A stretch of DNA of 64,000 nucleotides, from NCBI GenBank assembly GCA_951406725.2, contig OX597831.1, positions 19,530,001 to 19,594,000 of the forward strand, in the 5' to 3' direction. Below are positions 1-12,635 of the stretch, one piece after another (position 1 is the first letter of the stretch; each line of letters begins with the position of its first letter). Origin of the DNA: Octopus vulgaris. Its lineage: Eukaryota. Under the pieces are notes generated by a model. The model ran no database searches. It had not been told where the DNA came from and was given only the letters and a program-made list of their open reading frames with translations. The position numbers and the translations under genes are program-made.

Positions 1-373
1 TAAATACATATAAATGGATATACATATATTATTATATAAAAATACATGTACAGTGTATATATGTATATATGTGTATAGATAGATATATAACTTTCTTTCT
101 TGGCCACAAAGGGCTGAACACAGAGAGGACAAATACAAATGTAGAGCTTTTCTTTTCGAAAATGAAAAAGAAAATGGGGAAAAAAGAGAAAAAAAGTAAA
201 ATTCCAATCAAAAGGATTGGGGGTGGGGGAAGGCGATCAAAAGGGATCATGTATCACAGAAGAAGTTTTTATAATGTAAGAAGCAAGATTAGGTTTATCC
301 ATGGAAATAAAAGCCACGGTAATCTCAGGCAGGGATGGAATAAACACATGAGAGCAAAGAGTTCTCTCTCTCT

Positions 374-1583
374 CACGCACTATATATTTGGTGTTGCTTT
401 GCTTCAGTGCTATTTATTTTTTACATTAATCTTAATCTTATTTCGGCCAGAGTTCTTTCGTCACACTCCTGTGACCGCATCAGTGGTTCTTCGTTTTCTC
501 CTTTCTTATTTGTGTCTCTCCTTACTAACCGTCAGCCATTTTGTATTTCTATTGTGTGTCTTCATTTGCGCATGCTTATATCTCTATGTGCGTCTATGTT
601 TATTTTGTGTGTGTATGGGGGGATGCCTGTAATATTTGTATCTTCTGTTTATATACGTTCATGTAATATGTTTTTGTTGTTGTTTTTGTTTATTCTTATT
701 TGGTTCATGTGTTTACATCCACTTATTATTATCATTACATATGCTTGTATGTATGTATGTATGTATGTATAACAACAATACTAGTAATAATAATAATAAA
801 TTTTTTAAAAAATTATATAGTTATTTATTTCCATTTGTTTATTTATCTGTGTATTTATTATGTTTTCGGGATCCTCTATCGTTATATGTTGTGGTGTGTG
901 CTAGTGTTCCATTCTAGTTTCCTATTCAGGAAAGGTTTATTTTCTATTATGTGTGTAGCTTCTGTAATTTGTGTGATTGTTGCATCTGTTCTATGTGTGG
1001 ACAATATTTTAATGTCTATGTTGTTGATTGATCCCCATGTTCCTGTTCGGCGTGTTGGTACAGAATCGATGAGCTTTTACTTTCCTTGAGTTCTCTCCAA
1101 TGTTCATTTTTTTAAATTTATTATTATTATTACTAGTATTGTTGTTATACATACATACATACAACCATATGTAATGATAATAATAAGTGGATGTAAACAC
1201 ATGAACAGAATAAGAATAAACAAAAACAACAACAAAAACAAATTACATGAGCGTATATAAACAGAAGATACAAATATTACAGGCATCTCCCCATACACAC
1301 ACTAAATAAACATAGACGCACATAGAGATATAAGCATGCGCAAATGAAGACATACAAAAGAAATACAAAATGGCTGACGGTTAGTAAGGGGAGACACAAA
1401 TAAGAAAGGAGAAAACAAAGGACCACTGATGCGATCACAGGAGCGAGACGAAAGAACTCTGGCCGAAATAAGATTAAGATTAATGTAAAAAATAAATAAC
1501 ACTGAAGCACAGTAACACCAAATATATAGTGCGTGTGTTTTTATTGGCTAAACTGGCAAAATGACCATTCCGAAGTATAACAA
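374..1583 (-). mobile_element. Penelope-like element remnant with ~430-bp inverted arms (374-~805 vs ~1107-1535) around a GIY-YIG fragment
   Basis: CACGCACTATATATTTGGTGTT at 374 is the reverse complement of the sequence ending at 1535. ORFs 69..632+ and 1277..1510- give near-identical peptides. The spacer encodes a PLE endonuclease C-terminus. Confidence 0.7.
905..1106 (-). pseudogene. Frameshifted C-terminal half of a PLE GIY-YIG endonuclease
   Basis: Manual translation across two frameshifts: EHWRELKESKSSSILYQHAEQEHG / NIDIKILSTHRTDATITQITEATHI / KPFLNRKLEWN. This fits the EH...S.L..H...H...KIL...I.EA..I...P.LNR..EW pattern of PLE endonucleases. Confidence 0.65.
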
Positions 1584-1620
1584 TATATATATATAAATAT
1601 ATTTATATTTCTATATATAC

Positions 1621-1662
<42 letters not shown>

Positions 1663-1744
1663 TTATTCATTTATATTTCTATATATACATATATATATAT
1701 ATATATATTTTATTTATTTATTTATATTTCTATATATATATATG

Positions 1745-1789
<45 letters not shown>

Positions 1790-1816
1790 TTATTTATATC
1801 TCTATATATACATATG

Positions 1817-1858
<42 letters not shown>

Positions 1859-1941
1859 GGTCCCGGTTTGATTCGGGGTTAACCACAGTAAATAAAGTAC
1901 TCAATACATAGCAGAGTAAAATTAATTTATTATATAGAAGG

Positions 1942-1992
1942 AGCTTCTACAGGACTAGAACTGTTTCATTCAAGAGAAATCATCAGGAAGCT
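1942..1992 (-). ncRNA. Type I hammerhead ribozyme, family A
   Basis: Minus strand reads AGCTTC-CTGATGA-TTTCTCTTGAAT-GAAAC-AGTTCTAGTCCT-GTA-GAAGCT: 6-bp stem I, intact core, stem III ACAG/CTGT, GUA cleavage triplet. The first stem II pair is a U-U mismatch. Confidence 0.85.
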
Positions 1993-2473
1993 AGTTAACA
2001 AGAATTGTATTGGCATTTATACATTTAGGCAGGTTTAAAGGGGTGGTGGGGGGGACTTTTTGGGGGTAGGCATAGCGCAAGAATATCATACTTGGGGGAG
2101 TGGTCAAGGAGTCAGTGGTAAATTAGATAAAAGAATAAATAAAAGAATAAAAAAATATATAGAAGAATAGAGTTTTAGGTAAATAAGGAGATTCTCACTT
2201 AAACATATACACATATGTATATATATACACACACACATACACATATACATACACACACACACATATATACATCTATATATACACACATATATATACATAT
2301 ATATATATATATACATATATATGCATATATATATACACACACACATGTATATATACACACACGACCACACATACATATACACACAAAAAATATATACATA
2401 CACACACATACACATACACACATACACACACATATCCACATACACACATGCACACACAAGTCCCTATATACAC

Positions 2474-2535
<62 letters not shown>

Positions 2536-3108
2536 GTGTACCTATACATACCTACACATGCACACATATACATACAAATACAAACCCATTCCCTAATTTT
2601 AATTTTATTATTATCTTCATTTATTACTTTTGTTATCTTTGACCGCGGGTCACAAGCATCTTGGCTACGACAGCAAGTCCATATATCTTTCTACTTGAAC
2701 ACAAGCACTCACTCACGCACGCACACTCATTAGCACACACACTCACTCATTCGTACACTCATACACATACACGCACGCACGCGTTATATTCATACATACA
2801 TACATCTACATACATTCACATATATACACATACGTACGCGTACCTACAGATTCATGTCTACACGCTTAGAAGACTAGTCCATACATATACACCAATAAAT
2901 ATATATACACACATACATATACACCTACATACAAATACATACATATATATATATATACATATACATATACATATACATATATATATATACATACATACAC
3001 CCATACATACATACATATATACACATACACACACCCACACATATACATATACATACATATACGCGCATACATACACATACATATACATACATATACACAT
3101 ACACATAC

Positions 3109-3143
<35 letters not shown>

Positions 3144-3517
3144 AATATATACATACATACATGTACATACATACATATACATATATACACACACATACAT
3201 ACACATATACACATACACACACATACACATATACATGCGTACCCATACACACACACACGCGCGCATCCATATATACACATAAGTACACACATGCGTAAAA
3301 GTATACATATATCTATACATATGCTTACACATACACACACACACACGCGTCTCCTTATGTTCATATACTTACATGCATACTCAAAAAATAAAAAATAAAA
3401 TATATATACGTGCAGTTATTCATATACATACATGCATACTCAAAAAATAAATAATAAATATTAAGTATATATACGTGCAGTTACCTATTATACAGACGGA
3501 TACATACATATAAACTT

Positions 3518-3572
<55 letters not shown>

Positions 3573-3701
3573 CATACTTACACTTATGTACATATACATA
3601 CACACATACATAACTCTACGTACCTACATATACATAAACACACGAGCGTACACGTATATGTACATATACACATACACACACATACATACATACATATACA
3701 T

Positions 3702-3756
<55 letters not shown>

Positions 3757-3781
3757 CATATACATACACACACATACACAT

Positions 3782-3820
<39 letters not shown>

Positions 3821-4265
3821 CATATACATATACACACATACACACACACATATATATATACACACACACACATACATATACATACACACATATATACATA
3901 TATATATATATACATATATACACATATGTGCATACATACATACATACTCATACACACACACACACACTTACACATACATATATACACACACTTACATATA
4001 TATATATATATATACATACATATATATATATATGTACATATACACACACATATTCACATATATATATACATATACACATATATATATATATACCCACACA
4101 TACACGTACACACATATATACATATATACATACATATACACACATACTCACACACACACATATATATACATACACACACATACACATACATTTATATATA
4201 TACATATACATACACATGCACATACGTATAACTCTACATACCTACATATACATACATATATATAT

Positions 4266-4312
<47 letters not shown>

Positions 4313-4469
4313 CCCATCTACAATCTGTATATACACACACATACATGCACATACACATAACTCTACATACCTACATATACATCGACATACTCGCGTACAC
4401 TTATATATATATATATATACATATACACATATATATACATATATATATATATATATGAATATATATATA

Positions 4470-6750
4470 TACTTTGATACTTTGATACTTTGATAGGTTT
4501 CGGCCATTATTGGCCCAGGCCATGTCTAACTTAATAGCACCACCTGGTGAAGTCTTTCAAGTCAGAATTTGGGCACTATGGCCCACTCAAGTAGAGAGTT
4601 ATTGTTTACAGAGACATATCCGGGTGTAGGGGGTTTATCCGGGATTTCTTGAAGGAATCTGTCCAAAGACTTCTTGAACCCTATAGGGTCAGTTTCTGTT
4701 TTAATGTGTTTTGGTGTAATGTTAAAGAGAGCGGGGCCAATTGAGGTGAAATAATTGTGCCGTATTGTTGTTATGAGATGAGAGTGCGATTTTTGTTTTG
4801 GGCGGATGGCACGGGGCCCAAGCCTTGGATGTACCTTAAAGGTGATGCCAACATCATTTGGGCAATGCTGATGGAATATTTTCCACATCATGCAGATGAT
4901 GTAGCGCTCACGACGACGTTGGAGAGAATAGAGTTTTAGCTTTTCTAGTCGACCCCAATAGTCGAGGCCTGTCATGCCATCTATATTTTTTGTGATTGCC
5001 CTTTGAGGTGCTTCGACTTTTATGATACCTTGTATTGTGTGGGGAGACCACAGTGGACAACAGTATTCAAGGTGGGGTCGGGCAAAAGTGGAGAAGAGAA
5101 GGATAATGGTGTGGATATCTCTCGACTGGAAAGTTCTGAGAATCCAGGAACACATTCTGCGGGCCATGTCAACTTTGGTGTTTATATGAGTGGCCCAGCT
5201 TACGTTGTTGTCCACAATTACTCCCAAGTCTCTGATGTTGTTGGACGCCGCGAGAGTTTCACCTGAAGGAAGGGAGTATGGGAGTTTCAGGGCATCCTCT
5301 TTTCCAAAGTGGATTAGCTCAAATTTATCCTCGTTCAGCAGCATATTGTTTTTTTCTGCCCATTGGATAACAGCCAGTAGATCTGACTGAAGGCATGTCC
5401 GGTCACTCGCCTCATTTATGACCTTCTGTAGCTTGGAGTCATCTGCAAAGATTTTTATGTTGCTGTGCTTGATGATGTCATTAATGTCATTAATGTAAAT
5501 GATGAAAAGAAGTGGGCCCAGCACAGTGCCTTGCGGAACGCCACTACTGACTTTGGCTGGGCTTGATTTTACCCCTTCAACTACAACATGTTGAGATCTG
5601 TCTGTCAGGAAACACTTAATCCATTTCAGTAACTTTCCAGAGACACCAATGTTGGATAGTTTTTTCAATAGGATCTTGTGATCGACCCTGTCGAATGCCT
5701 TACTGAAATCAAGGAAGATGACATCGGTGTTGGAGCCCTCTCCCAAAGCTCTCAAAATGTCCTCAAAGTGATGCAGGAGCTGCGTTAGGCAGTCCCTTCC
5801 ATTACGGAACCCATGTTGGTTGGAGATCAGCCGTCTGTTGCTTTCCAAAAATTGGGTTATTTGAGATCTCACCACCCTCTCAAATAGCTTGATGATATGA
5901 GAGGTGAGTGAGATCGGACGGTAATTCACTGCAAGGGACTTGTTTCCCTTTTTGAAAACTGGGACAACAGACTGGGACAGAAGGTTTTTTGGAATATAGC
6001 CAGCATCCAGTGAGTTTCTCCACAGATTAGCAAGGGGACATGCAAGTTGGTGTCGACACACCTTCAGGACACAAGCAGGGAACCTATCGGGGCCTACTGC
6101 TGAATTGTGTTTTATTTCGTTTATCGCCGCTAAGACATCAGGGGCACTAAACGTTATGTCCGATATAGTGTGTTGGGGGTTGACATCACTGATACAGCCC
6201 AGATCGGCCATATCAGGATTGCTGAAAACAGAGCAGTATTGTTTCTGCAGTATCTCAGCCATGGATTTGGCATTATCTTGGAGAGTGCCAGTTTCGTCAA
6301 TTAGAGGGCCTACAGTGGAGACAGTGACCCTGCGTTTCCTCACAAATGAAAAGAATACTTTGGGGTTGAGTTTGATTTTTTCAATGGCCCACTTCTCCTC
6401 AGCTGATCTTTGGTTATTGATGAGGGACTTCATGCATTGTTGGAGGTTATATTTTTTGGATTCAAGCAGTGCGATAGCCGTCGAATGTGTGTGTTGCTGT
6501 TGGCAGTACTTTAGTTTGTTAATTTTTTTGTTTGTTCTTTTTATTTTTCTGATAATGGTTTTTCTGTTTTGGGGGATTCTGCACTTTTTGTTCACAGGTC
6601 TTGGTGGGGAGTGTTTTGCACATATGTCTGTGACGGTGTCTACAAAGATCTGCCAAGATGTTTTATGGTTGGTGGAGATGTGTGTATGTGTAAAGGACCA
6701 GTCAACATTTGATAGCTCGTTCCTGATTGCATCCCAGTTGGCTTTATGGA
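4470..6750 (-). mobile_element. 5'-truncated CR1/Jockey-group LINE (RT domain and 3' UTR, (ATCAAAGT)n tail), copy 1
   Basis: Uninterrupted frame 4562..~6750 with [42 protein letters not shown] and RPHLEYC motifs. Ends in an 8-bp tandem tail that abuts (TA)n. No endonuclease domain is present. Confidence 0.93.
4562..6750 (-). CDS. Non-LTR retrotransposon reverse transcriptase (partial ORF2; the N-terminal 20 aa of the called ORF are microsatellite)
   Basis: ORF 4562..6811- with all non-LTR RT motifs. Confidence 0.9.
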
Positions 6751-6769
6751 CACACATATATATACACAC

Positions 6770-6800
<31 letters not shown>

Positions 6801-6801
6801 T

Positions 6802-6860
<59 letters not shown>

Positions 6861-7429
6861 TCAACAATTGAGGGTAAAGTTAATTAGTTATTAATCAATT
6901 TCACCAAGTATTCAGTATGTAAAAGGACCATTATTTTTGAGTAAACATTGTCTGAGAGAAATTTTCTTTAAGTAGTGGAAATGGCTCAAAAACTTTTTTG
7001 GCTGCTATTTCTAGAAAGTTCAGTATGTGGCAAAGTAATTTATTTTACTAAGCCCTAATTATATAATATTTTATATATACATACATACATATACACACAT
7101 ACACATACACGTACATATGCATACACACATATATACATATATACATATATACAGACACACACACACACACATACATATATATATATTTTTTTACATACAA
7201 ACACACACACACACACATAATACATGCGTATATTCCTACTATACCCATACATTTCTATACATATATACGATACACAAATACAAGCGTACACATACAATAT
7301 GTGAGAGGTCTTAGGAGAAAAGGTAATCGGGGGTGCTAGGGGAACGGTGGGATTGGGGGGGTTTGTGGGTGGGGTGTCATCAATCTGGATGCCGGGTAGG
7401 TCTGTAGTTCTTGTAGTTTGCATAATTCT

Positions 7430-7511
7430 TATGCATGCAATTTGGGAGTGTTCTGAGATCTTGTTAAGGAGAGGGCCTTTGGCGAACAAGATCTCTAGGC
7501 TCTCCGAAATG

Positions 7512-7513
<2 letters not shown>
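7430..7513 (-). pseudogene. Extreme C-terminus of a Neptune-type PLE GIY-YIG endonuclease
   Basis: CISESLEILFAKGPLLNKISEHSQIAC resembles the C..E...IL....LLNK.SE....C terminus, and parallels CNSELFHILFAKVSLVN in the 53258 ORF. Confidence 0.6.
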
Positions 7514-7553
<40 letters not shown>

Positions 7554-8039
7554 GTGTATATAGGGACTTGTGTGTGCATGTGTGTATGTGGATATGTGTG
7601 TGTATGTGTGTATGTGTGTGTATGTATATATTTTTTGTGTGTATATGTATGTGTGGTCGTGTGTGTATATATACATATGTGTGTGTATATATGCATATAT
7701 ATGTATATATATATATATATATATGTGTGTATATATATGTGTGTATATATAGATGTATATATATATGTGTGTGTGTGTATGTATGTGTGTATGTGTGTGT
7801 GTGTATATATATACATATGTGTATTTGTATAAGTGAGAATCTCCTTATTTACCTAAAACTCTATTCTTCTATATATTTTTTTATTCTTTTATTTATTCTT
7901 TTATCTAATATACCACTGACTCCTTGACCACTCCCCCAAGTATGATATTCTTGCGCTATGCCTACTCCCAAAAAGTCCCCCACCACCACCCCTTTAAACC
8001 TGCCTAAATGTATAAATGCCAATACAATTCTTGTTAACT

Positions 8040-8090
8040 AGCTTCCTGATGATTTCTCTTGAATGAAACAGTTCTAGTCCTGTAGAAGCT
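8040..8090 (+). ncRNA. Type I hammerhead ribozyme, family A
   Basis: AGCTTC(8040)-CTGATGA(8046-8052)-stem II-GAAAC(8065)-AG..CT-GTA(8082-8084)-GAAGCT; identical to the reverse complement of 1942-1992. Confidence 0.85.
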
Positions 8091-8205
8091 CCTTCTATAT
8101 AATAAATATATATATATATATATATATTTACATTTCTATATATACATATGTATGTGTATATATATATATATATTATATTTATTTATATTTCTATATATAC
8201 ATATG

Positions 8206-8301
<96 letters not shown>

Positions 8302-8308
8302 CATATAT

Positions 8309-9943
8309 ACAATTCAGCAGTAGGCCCCGATAGGTTCCCTGCTTGTGTCCTGAAGGTGTGTCGACACCAACTTGCATGTCCCCTTGCTAATCTGTGGAGA
8401 AACTCACTGGATGCTGGCTATATTCCAAAAAACCTTCTGTCCCAGTCTGTTGTCCCAGTTTTCAAAAAAGGAAACAAGTCCCTTGCAGTGAATCACCGTC
8501 CGATCTCACTCACCTCTCATATCATCAAGGTATTTGAGAGGGTGGTGAGATCTCGAATAACCCAATTTCTGGAAAGCAACAGACGGCTGATCTCCAACCA
8601 ACATGGGTTCCGTAATGGAAGGGACTGCCTAACGCAGCTCCTGCATCACTTTGAGGACATTTTGAGAGCTTTGGGAGAGGGCTCCAACACCGATGTCATC
8701 TACCTTGATTTCAGTAAGGCCTTCGACAGGGTCGATCACAAGATCCTATTGAAAAAACTATCCAACATTGGTGTCTCTGGAAAGTTACTGAAATGGATTA
8801 AGTGTTTCCTGACAGATAGATCTCAACATGTTGTAGTTGAAGGGGTAAAATCAAGCCCAGCCAAAGTCAGTAGTGGCGTTCCGCAAGGCACTGTGCTGGG
8901 CCCACTTCTTTTCATCATTTACATTAATGACATTAATGACATCATCAAGCACAGCAACATAAAAATCTTTGCAGATGACTCCAAGCTACAGAAGGTCATA
9001 AATGAGGCGAGTGACCGGACATGCCTTCAGTCAGATCTACTGGCTGTTATCCAATGGGCAGTAAAAAACAATATGCTGCTGAACGAGGATAAATTTGAGC
9101 TAATCCACTTTGGAAAAGAGGATGCCCTGAAACTCCCATACTCCCTTCCTTCAGGTGAAACTCTCGCGGCGTCCAACAACATCAGAGACTTGGGAGTAAT
9201 TGTGGACAACAACGTAAGCTGGGCCACTCATATAAACACCAAAGTTGACATGGCCCGCAGAATGTGTTCCTGGATTCTCAGAACTTTCCAGTCGAGAGAT
9301 ATCCACACCATTATCCTTCTCTTCTCCACTTTTGCCCGACCCCACCTTGAATACTGTTGTCCACTGTGGTCTCCCCACACAATACAAGGTATCATAAAAG
9401 TTGAAGCACCTCAAAGGGCAATCACAAAAAAGATAGATGGCATGACAGGCCTCGACTATTGGGGTCGACTAGAAAAGCTAAAACTCTATTCTCTCCAACG
9501 TCGTCGTGAGCGCTACATCATCTGCATGATGTGGAAAATATTCCATCAGCATTGCCCAAATGATGTTGGCATCACCTTTAAGGTACATCCAAGGCTTGGG
9601 CCCCGTGCCATCCGCCCAAAACAAAAATCGCACTCTCATCTCATAACAACAATACGGCACAATTATTTCACCTCAATTGGCCCCGCTCTCTTTAACATTA
9701 CACCAAAACACATTAAAACAGAAACTGACCCTATAGGGTTCAAGAAGTCTTTGGACAGATTCCTTCAAGAAATCCCGGATAAACCCCCTACACCCGGATA
9801 TGTCTCTGTAAACAATAACTCTCTACTTGAGTGGGCCATAGTGCCCAAATTCTGACTTGAAAGACTTCACCAGGTGGTGCTATTAAGTTAGACATGGCCT
9901 GGGCCAATAATGGCCGAAACCTATCAAAGTATCAAAGTAAAGT
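8309..9943 (+). mobile_element. 5'-truncated CR1/Jockey-group LINE, copy 2 (near-identical to copy 1, opposite strand)
   Basis: From NSAVGPD onward, ORF 8152..9855 differs from copy 1 by about 6 aa. Same 3' UTR and ATCAAAGT tail; flanked by (TA)n on both sides. Confidence 0.93.
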
Positions 9944-9959
9944 ATATATATATATACCC

Positions 9960-10014
<55 letters not shown>

Positions 10015-10053
10015 TAGATAGATAGATATATATATATATATATAGATATATAG

Positions 10054-10094
<41 letters not shown>

Positions 10095-10159
10095 AATATA
10101 TATATATAAATTTATATATATATAAATATACACATACATATATGCGCACACACATACAT

Positions 10160-10560
10160 ACAGCTCTCCCTGTTCTAAACGAACTTACTTATCCAGTCAA
10201 GCGGAAAATACACCCCCTAACTACGCGCTAAAAAGCTATTTAAAATATCCACATGACGTCTACTGACCAGCCTGAACAATAAGAATTTTCAACAACACTA
10301 TTTTCGAAAATTCTAAACATTCACGTGACCTCTTTATTATGGCCAATAAGAAATTTTAGGCGGGACACTAGCCAAATTTTAACTTCTCTGGAGCCTTTTT
10401 TCTTACCCCAACACCAACTTCCATTCAAACATTCACGTGACCTATTCATAATGACGAATCAAAATTTTAGGCGCGAAACCAAGCAAATCCAAAACAACTC
10501 TGGAGCCTCTTTTTTTCACATATAAGAGACAGACTCTAATCTCTCTTTTATATTTTGATA
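10160..10560. repeat. Interspersed repeat with an internal ~110-bp two-copy duplication, possibly Helentron/DINE-like non-autonomous
   Basis: AAACATTCACGTGACCT...AAATTTTAGGCG...CTCTGGAGCCT occurs at about 10316-10400 and 10427-10512. The family call is a guess. Confidence 0.35.
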
Positions 10561-10650
10561 AGCATAACAAATGCGCAACCGGTAAAAAGAACTTTCACCT
10601 AATTAAATTACTTAAATTACTTCAATTATTTGTCAGCATTTTCTTCATTT

Positions 10651-10707
<57 letters not shown>

Positions 10708-10710
10708 TAT

Positions 10711-11905
10711 AAACTTAGATAAACTTAGATATGTTTCGACCAAAGATTGGTCCAGGCCATGTCTAACTTAATAGCACCACCTGATAGGATTATTCGAATC
10801 CTGTTTAAGTCAAGTTTTGTTCAAGTGGTGAGTTCTTGTTGGGTGTGTTGTATCCAGTTTTGTTGAAGTAGTGAGTTCTTGTTGGGTGAGTTGTATCCAA
10901 TTATGGGTGGCTTATCTGGTATTCTTTGAAGGAATCTATCCAGACTCTGTTTAAAGTTGATGGGATCCTTTTCCTCTTTGATCTCTCTCGGGACAATGTT
11001 AAATAGGGCAGGGCCTGTTGAGGAAAAGAAATTATGTTGCAGTGTACATGTATGTTGTGATCTTGAATTGGGCAGGGGACGTATAGCCCGTGGTCCGAGT
11101 CTTGGATGAACCTTGAAGCTAATGTTTAGGTCGTTTGGGCATAGTTGGCGGTATATTTTCCACATCGTACAAATGATGTACCGCTCACGGCGACGCTGGA
11201 GGGAGTTAAGTTTCAAGGCTTTAAGGCGATCCCAATAATTGAGAGCAGCCATGCCTTCAATTCGTTTAGTGAGTGCCCTCTGGGGTGACTCAATTCTGGA
11301 GATGTTTTGTCTTGTGTGAGGAGACCACAGTGGGCAGCAGTATTCAAGGTGTGGCCTTACAAGGGAGGAAAAAAGTGGTATGATGACACCTTGTTCTCTG
11401 GACCGGAAAGTTCTTAAGATCCAGGAACTCATCCTACGAGCTATATCGACCTTCTTGTTGATGTGTGCACTCCAACTGAGATCGTCATCAACAATTACAC
11501 CCAGGTCTCTGATATTGTTAGAGGCTGTGAGCGGTTCCCCTGAAGATCCAGGAACTCATCCTACGAGCTATATCAACCTTCTTGTTGATGTGTGCACCTA
11601 GGTCTCTGATGTTGTTAGAGGCTGTGAGCGGTTCCCCTGAAGGAAGAGAGTATGGCTGTTTTAGTGAGGAATTTCTTCCAAAATGCATCAGCTCAAATTT
11701 TCCCTCGTTCAGTTGCATTTTGTTTCTGTCTGCCCATTGACTCACAGCATATAGATAAGACTGGAGTTGAGTTCGGTTCAAACTGGAGTTGAGTTCGGTT
11801 CAGACTTGAGTTGAGTTCGGTTCAGACTGGAGTTGAGTTCGGTTCAGACTGGAGTTGAGTTCGGTTCAGTCTGGAGTTGAGTTCGGTGAGACTGGAGTTG
11901 AGACT
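10711..11905 (-). mobile_element. Related CR1/Jockey-group LINE subfamily, 3' fragment with internal duplication and (ATCTAAGTTT)n tail
   Basis: ORFs 10821..11432- and 11518..11781- are homologous to the copy 1 C-terminus ([22 protein letters not shown]). Shares the 3' UTR block CAGGTGGTGCTATTAAGTTAGACATGGCCTGG. Confidence 0.88.
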
Positions 11906-11908
11906 CGG
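11758..11908. repeat. About 7 tandem copies of a 22-bp unit (ACTGGAGTTGAGTTCGGTTCAG) at the LINE 5' truncation point
   Basis: Directly visible; the unit is LINE coding sequence (RTQLQS). Confidence 0.9.
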
Positions 11909-12261
11909 TGTGTAAACAGAGTTAGTGTTTATAATAACCGACTAAGGGATAAAATATCCGAATATACTATCGGTATCCGTTACCCATGTTATCTCTGGGC
12001 ATTGGTATGCAGGCACACTATATCCCTCTGATTTTCTCTTATCTCGCTCTTCCCCTAATTCTCAATCCCTCTGCCTCTATCTTTTTCCCATTCTTTCCAC
12101 ATGATGGTGTTTGGCCGAGCGTGATCTTTCTTTCTTGGCCCGACTGCCGGACGTATAGCATCTCTTATAATCCTGTTTCATGACTTTCATCTCATATTCA
12201 CTTTTTATAATCCTGCTTCCAGGCTTTCACTCTAAACGAGATTTTATGAGGAAACAATTAT

Positions 12262-12582
12262 AAATAACCAGAAAATGGAGAAAACCTCAGATTAACAAAC
12301 GCATCGATTTATAGCTTATTTTTTAATGCAAAGCATGACATAACACATATGTGACTTAACAAATCCTACGGCCGTTTCCGCATCCGTTGCCAAGCACTGT
12401 CTATAAATAACTAGGAAAAGAAGACCTTATTTTCGCAATTATTTGGCAACGGATGAGACCAATTAGTTAGGATATCCTTGTCATGACATCTATGTTATGT
12501 CATTCTTTGTATTAAAAAATAAGCTATAAATGTGGACCAATCGTTGTTTGCTGATCTGAGGTTTCCTCCATTTTCTGATTAT
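12262..12582. repeat. Diverged inverted repeat (12262-12365 vs 12470-12582) enclosing the 3' half of an HHR on the minus strand; PLE-type terminus
   Basis: Arms share CAGAAAATGGAG.AAACCTCAGAT...TTTATAGCTTATTTTTTAAT. Internal 12-bp stem ATCCGTTGCCAA/TTGGCAACGGAT; minus strand GAAAC-GGCC-GTA-GGAT. Confidence 0.65.
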
Positions 12583-12591
12583 ATATATATG

Positions 12592-12635
<44 letters not shown>

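Larger units (their letters stand above)
1857..8107 (-). mobile_element. 5'-truncated Penelope-like element with inverted pseudo-LTR (1927-2480 vs 7544-8107), interrupted by a LINE and other insertions
   Basis: The two ~560-bp arms are near-identical reverse complements and each carries an HHR. A minus-strand GIY-YIG C-terminus at 7430-7513 lies next to the inverted arm. Confidence 0.65.

Noticed and set aside
1623-4507. Dozens of long YI/HT/CV-rich ORFs here and throughout the window
   Set aside because: Translations of (TA)n, (CA)n and (TACA)n microsatellites, which lack stop codons; not genes.
6105-6887. 260-aa plus-strand ORF and other small ORFs overlapping the LINEs
   Set aside because: Antisense shadows of the RT ORF.
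9895-9930. GGCC..GGCC-GAAAC in the LINE 3' UTR as a hammerhead half
   Set aside because: No upstream CUGANGA; better explained as a LINE 3' recognition stem-loop.
11758-11908. 22-bp repeat array as a CRISPR
   Set aside because: No spacers, eukaryotic context, and the unit derives from LINE coding sequence.
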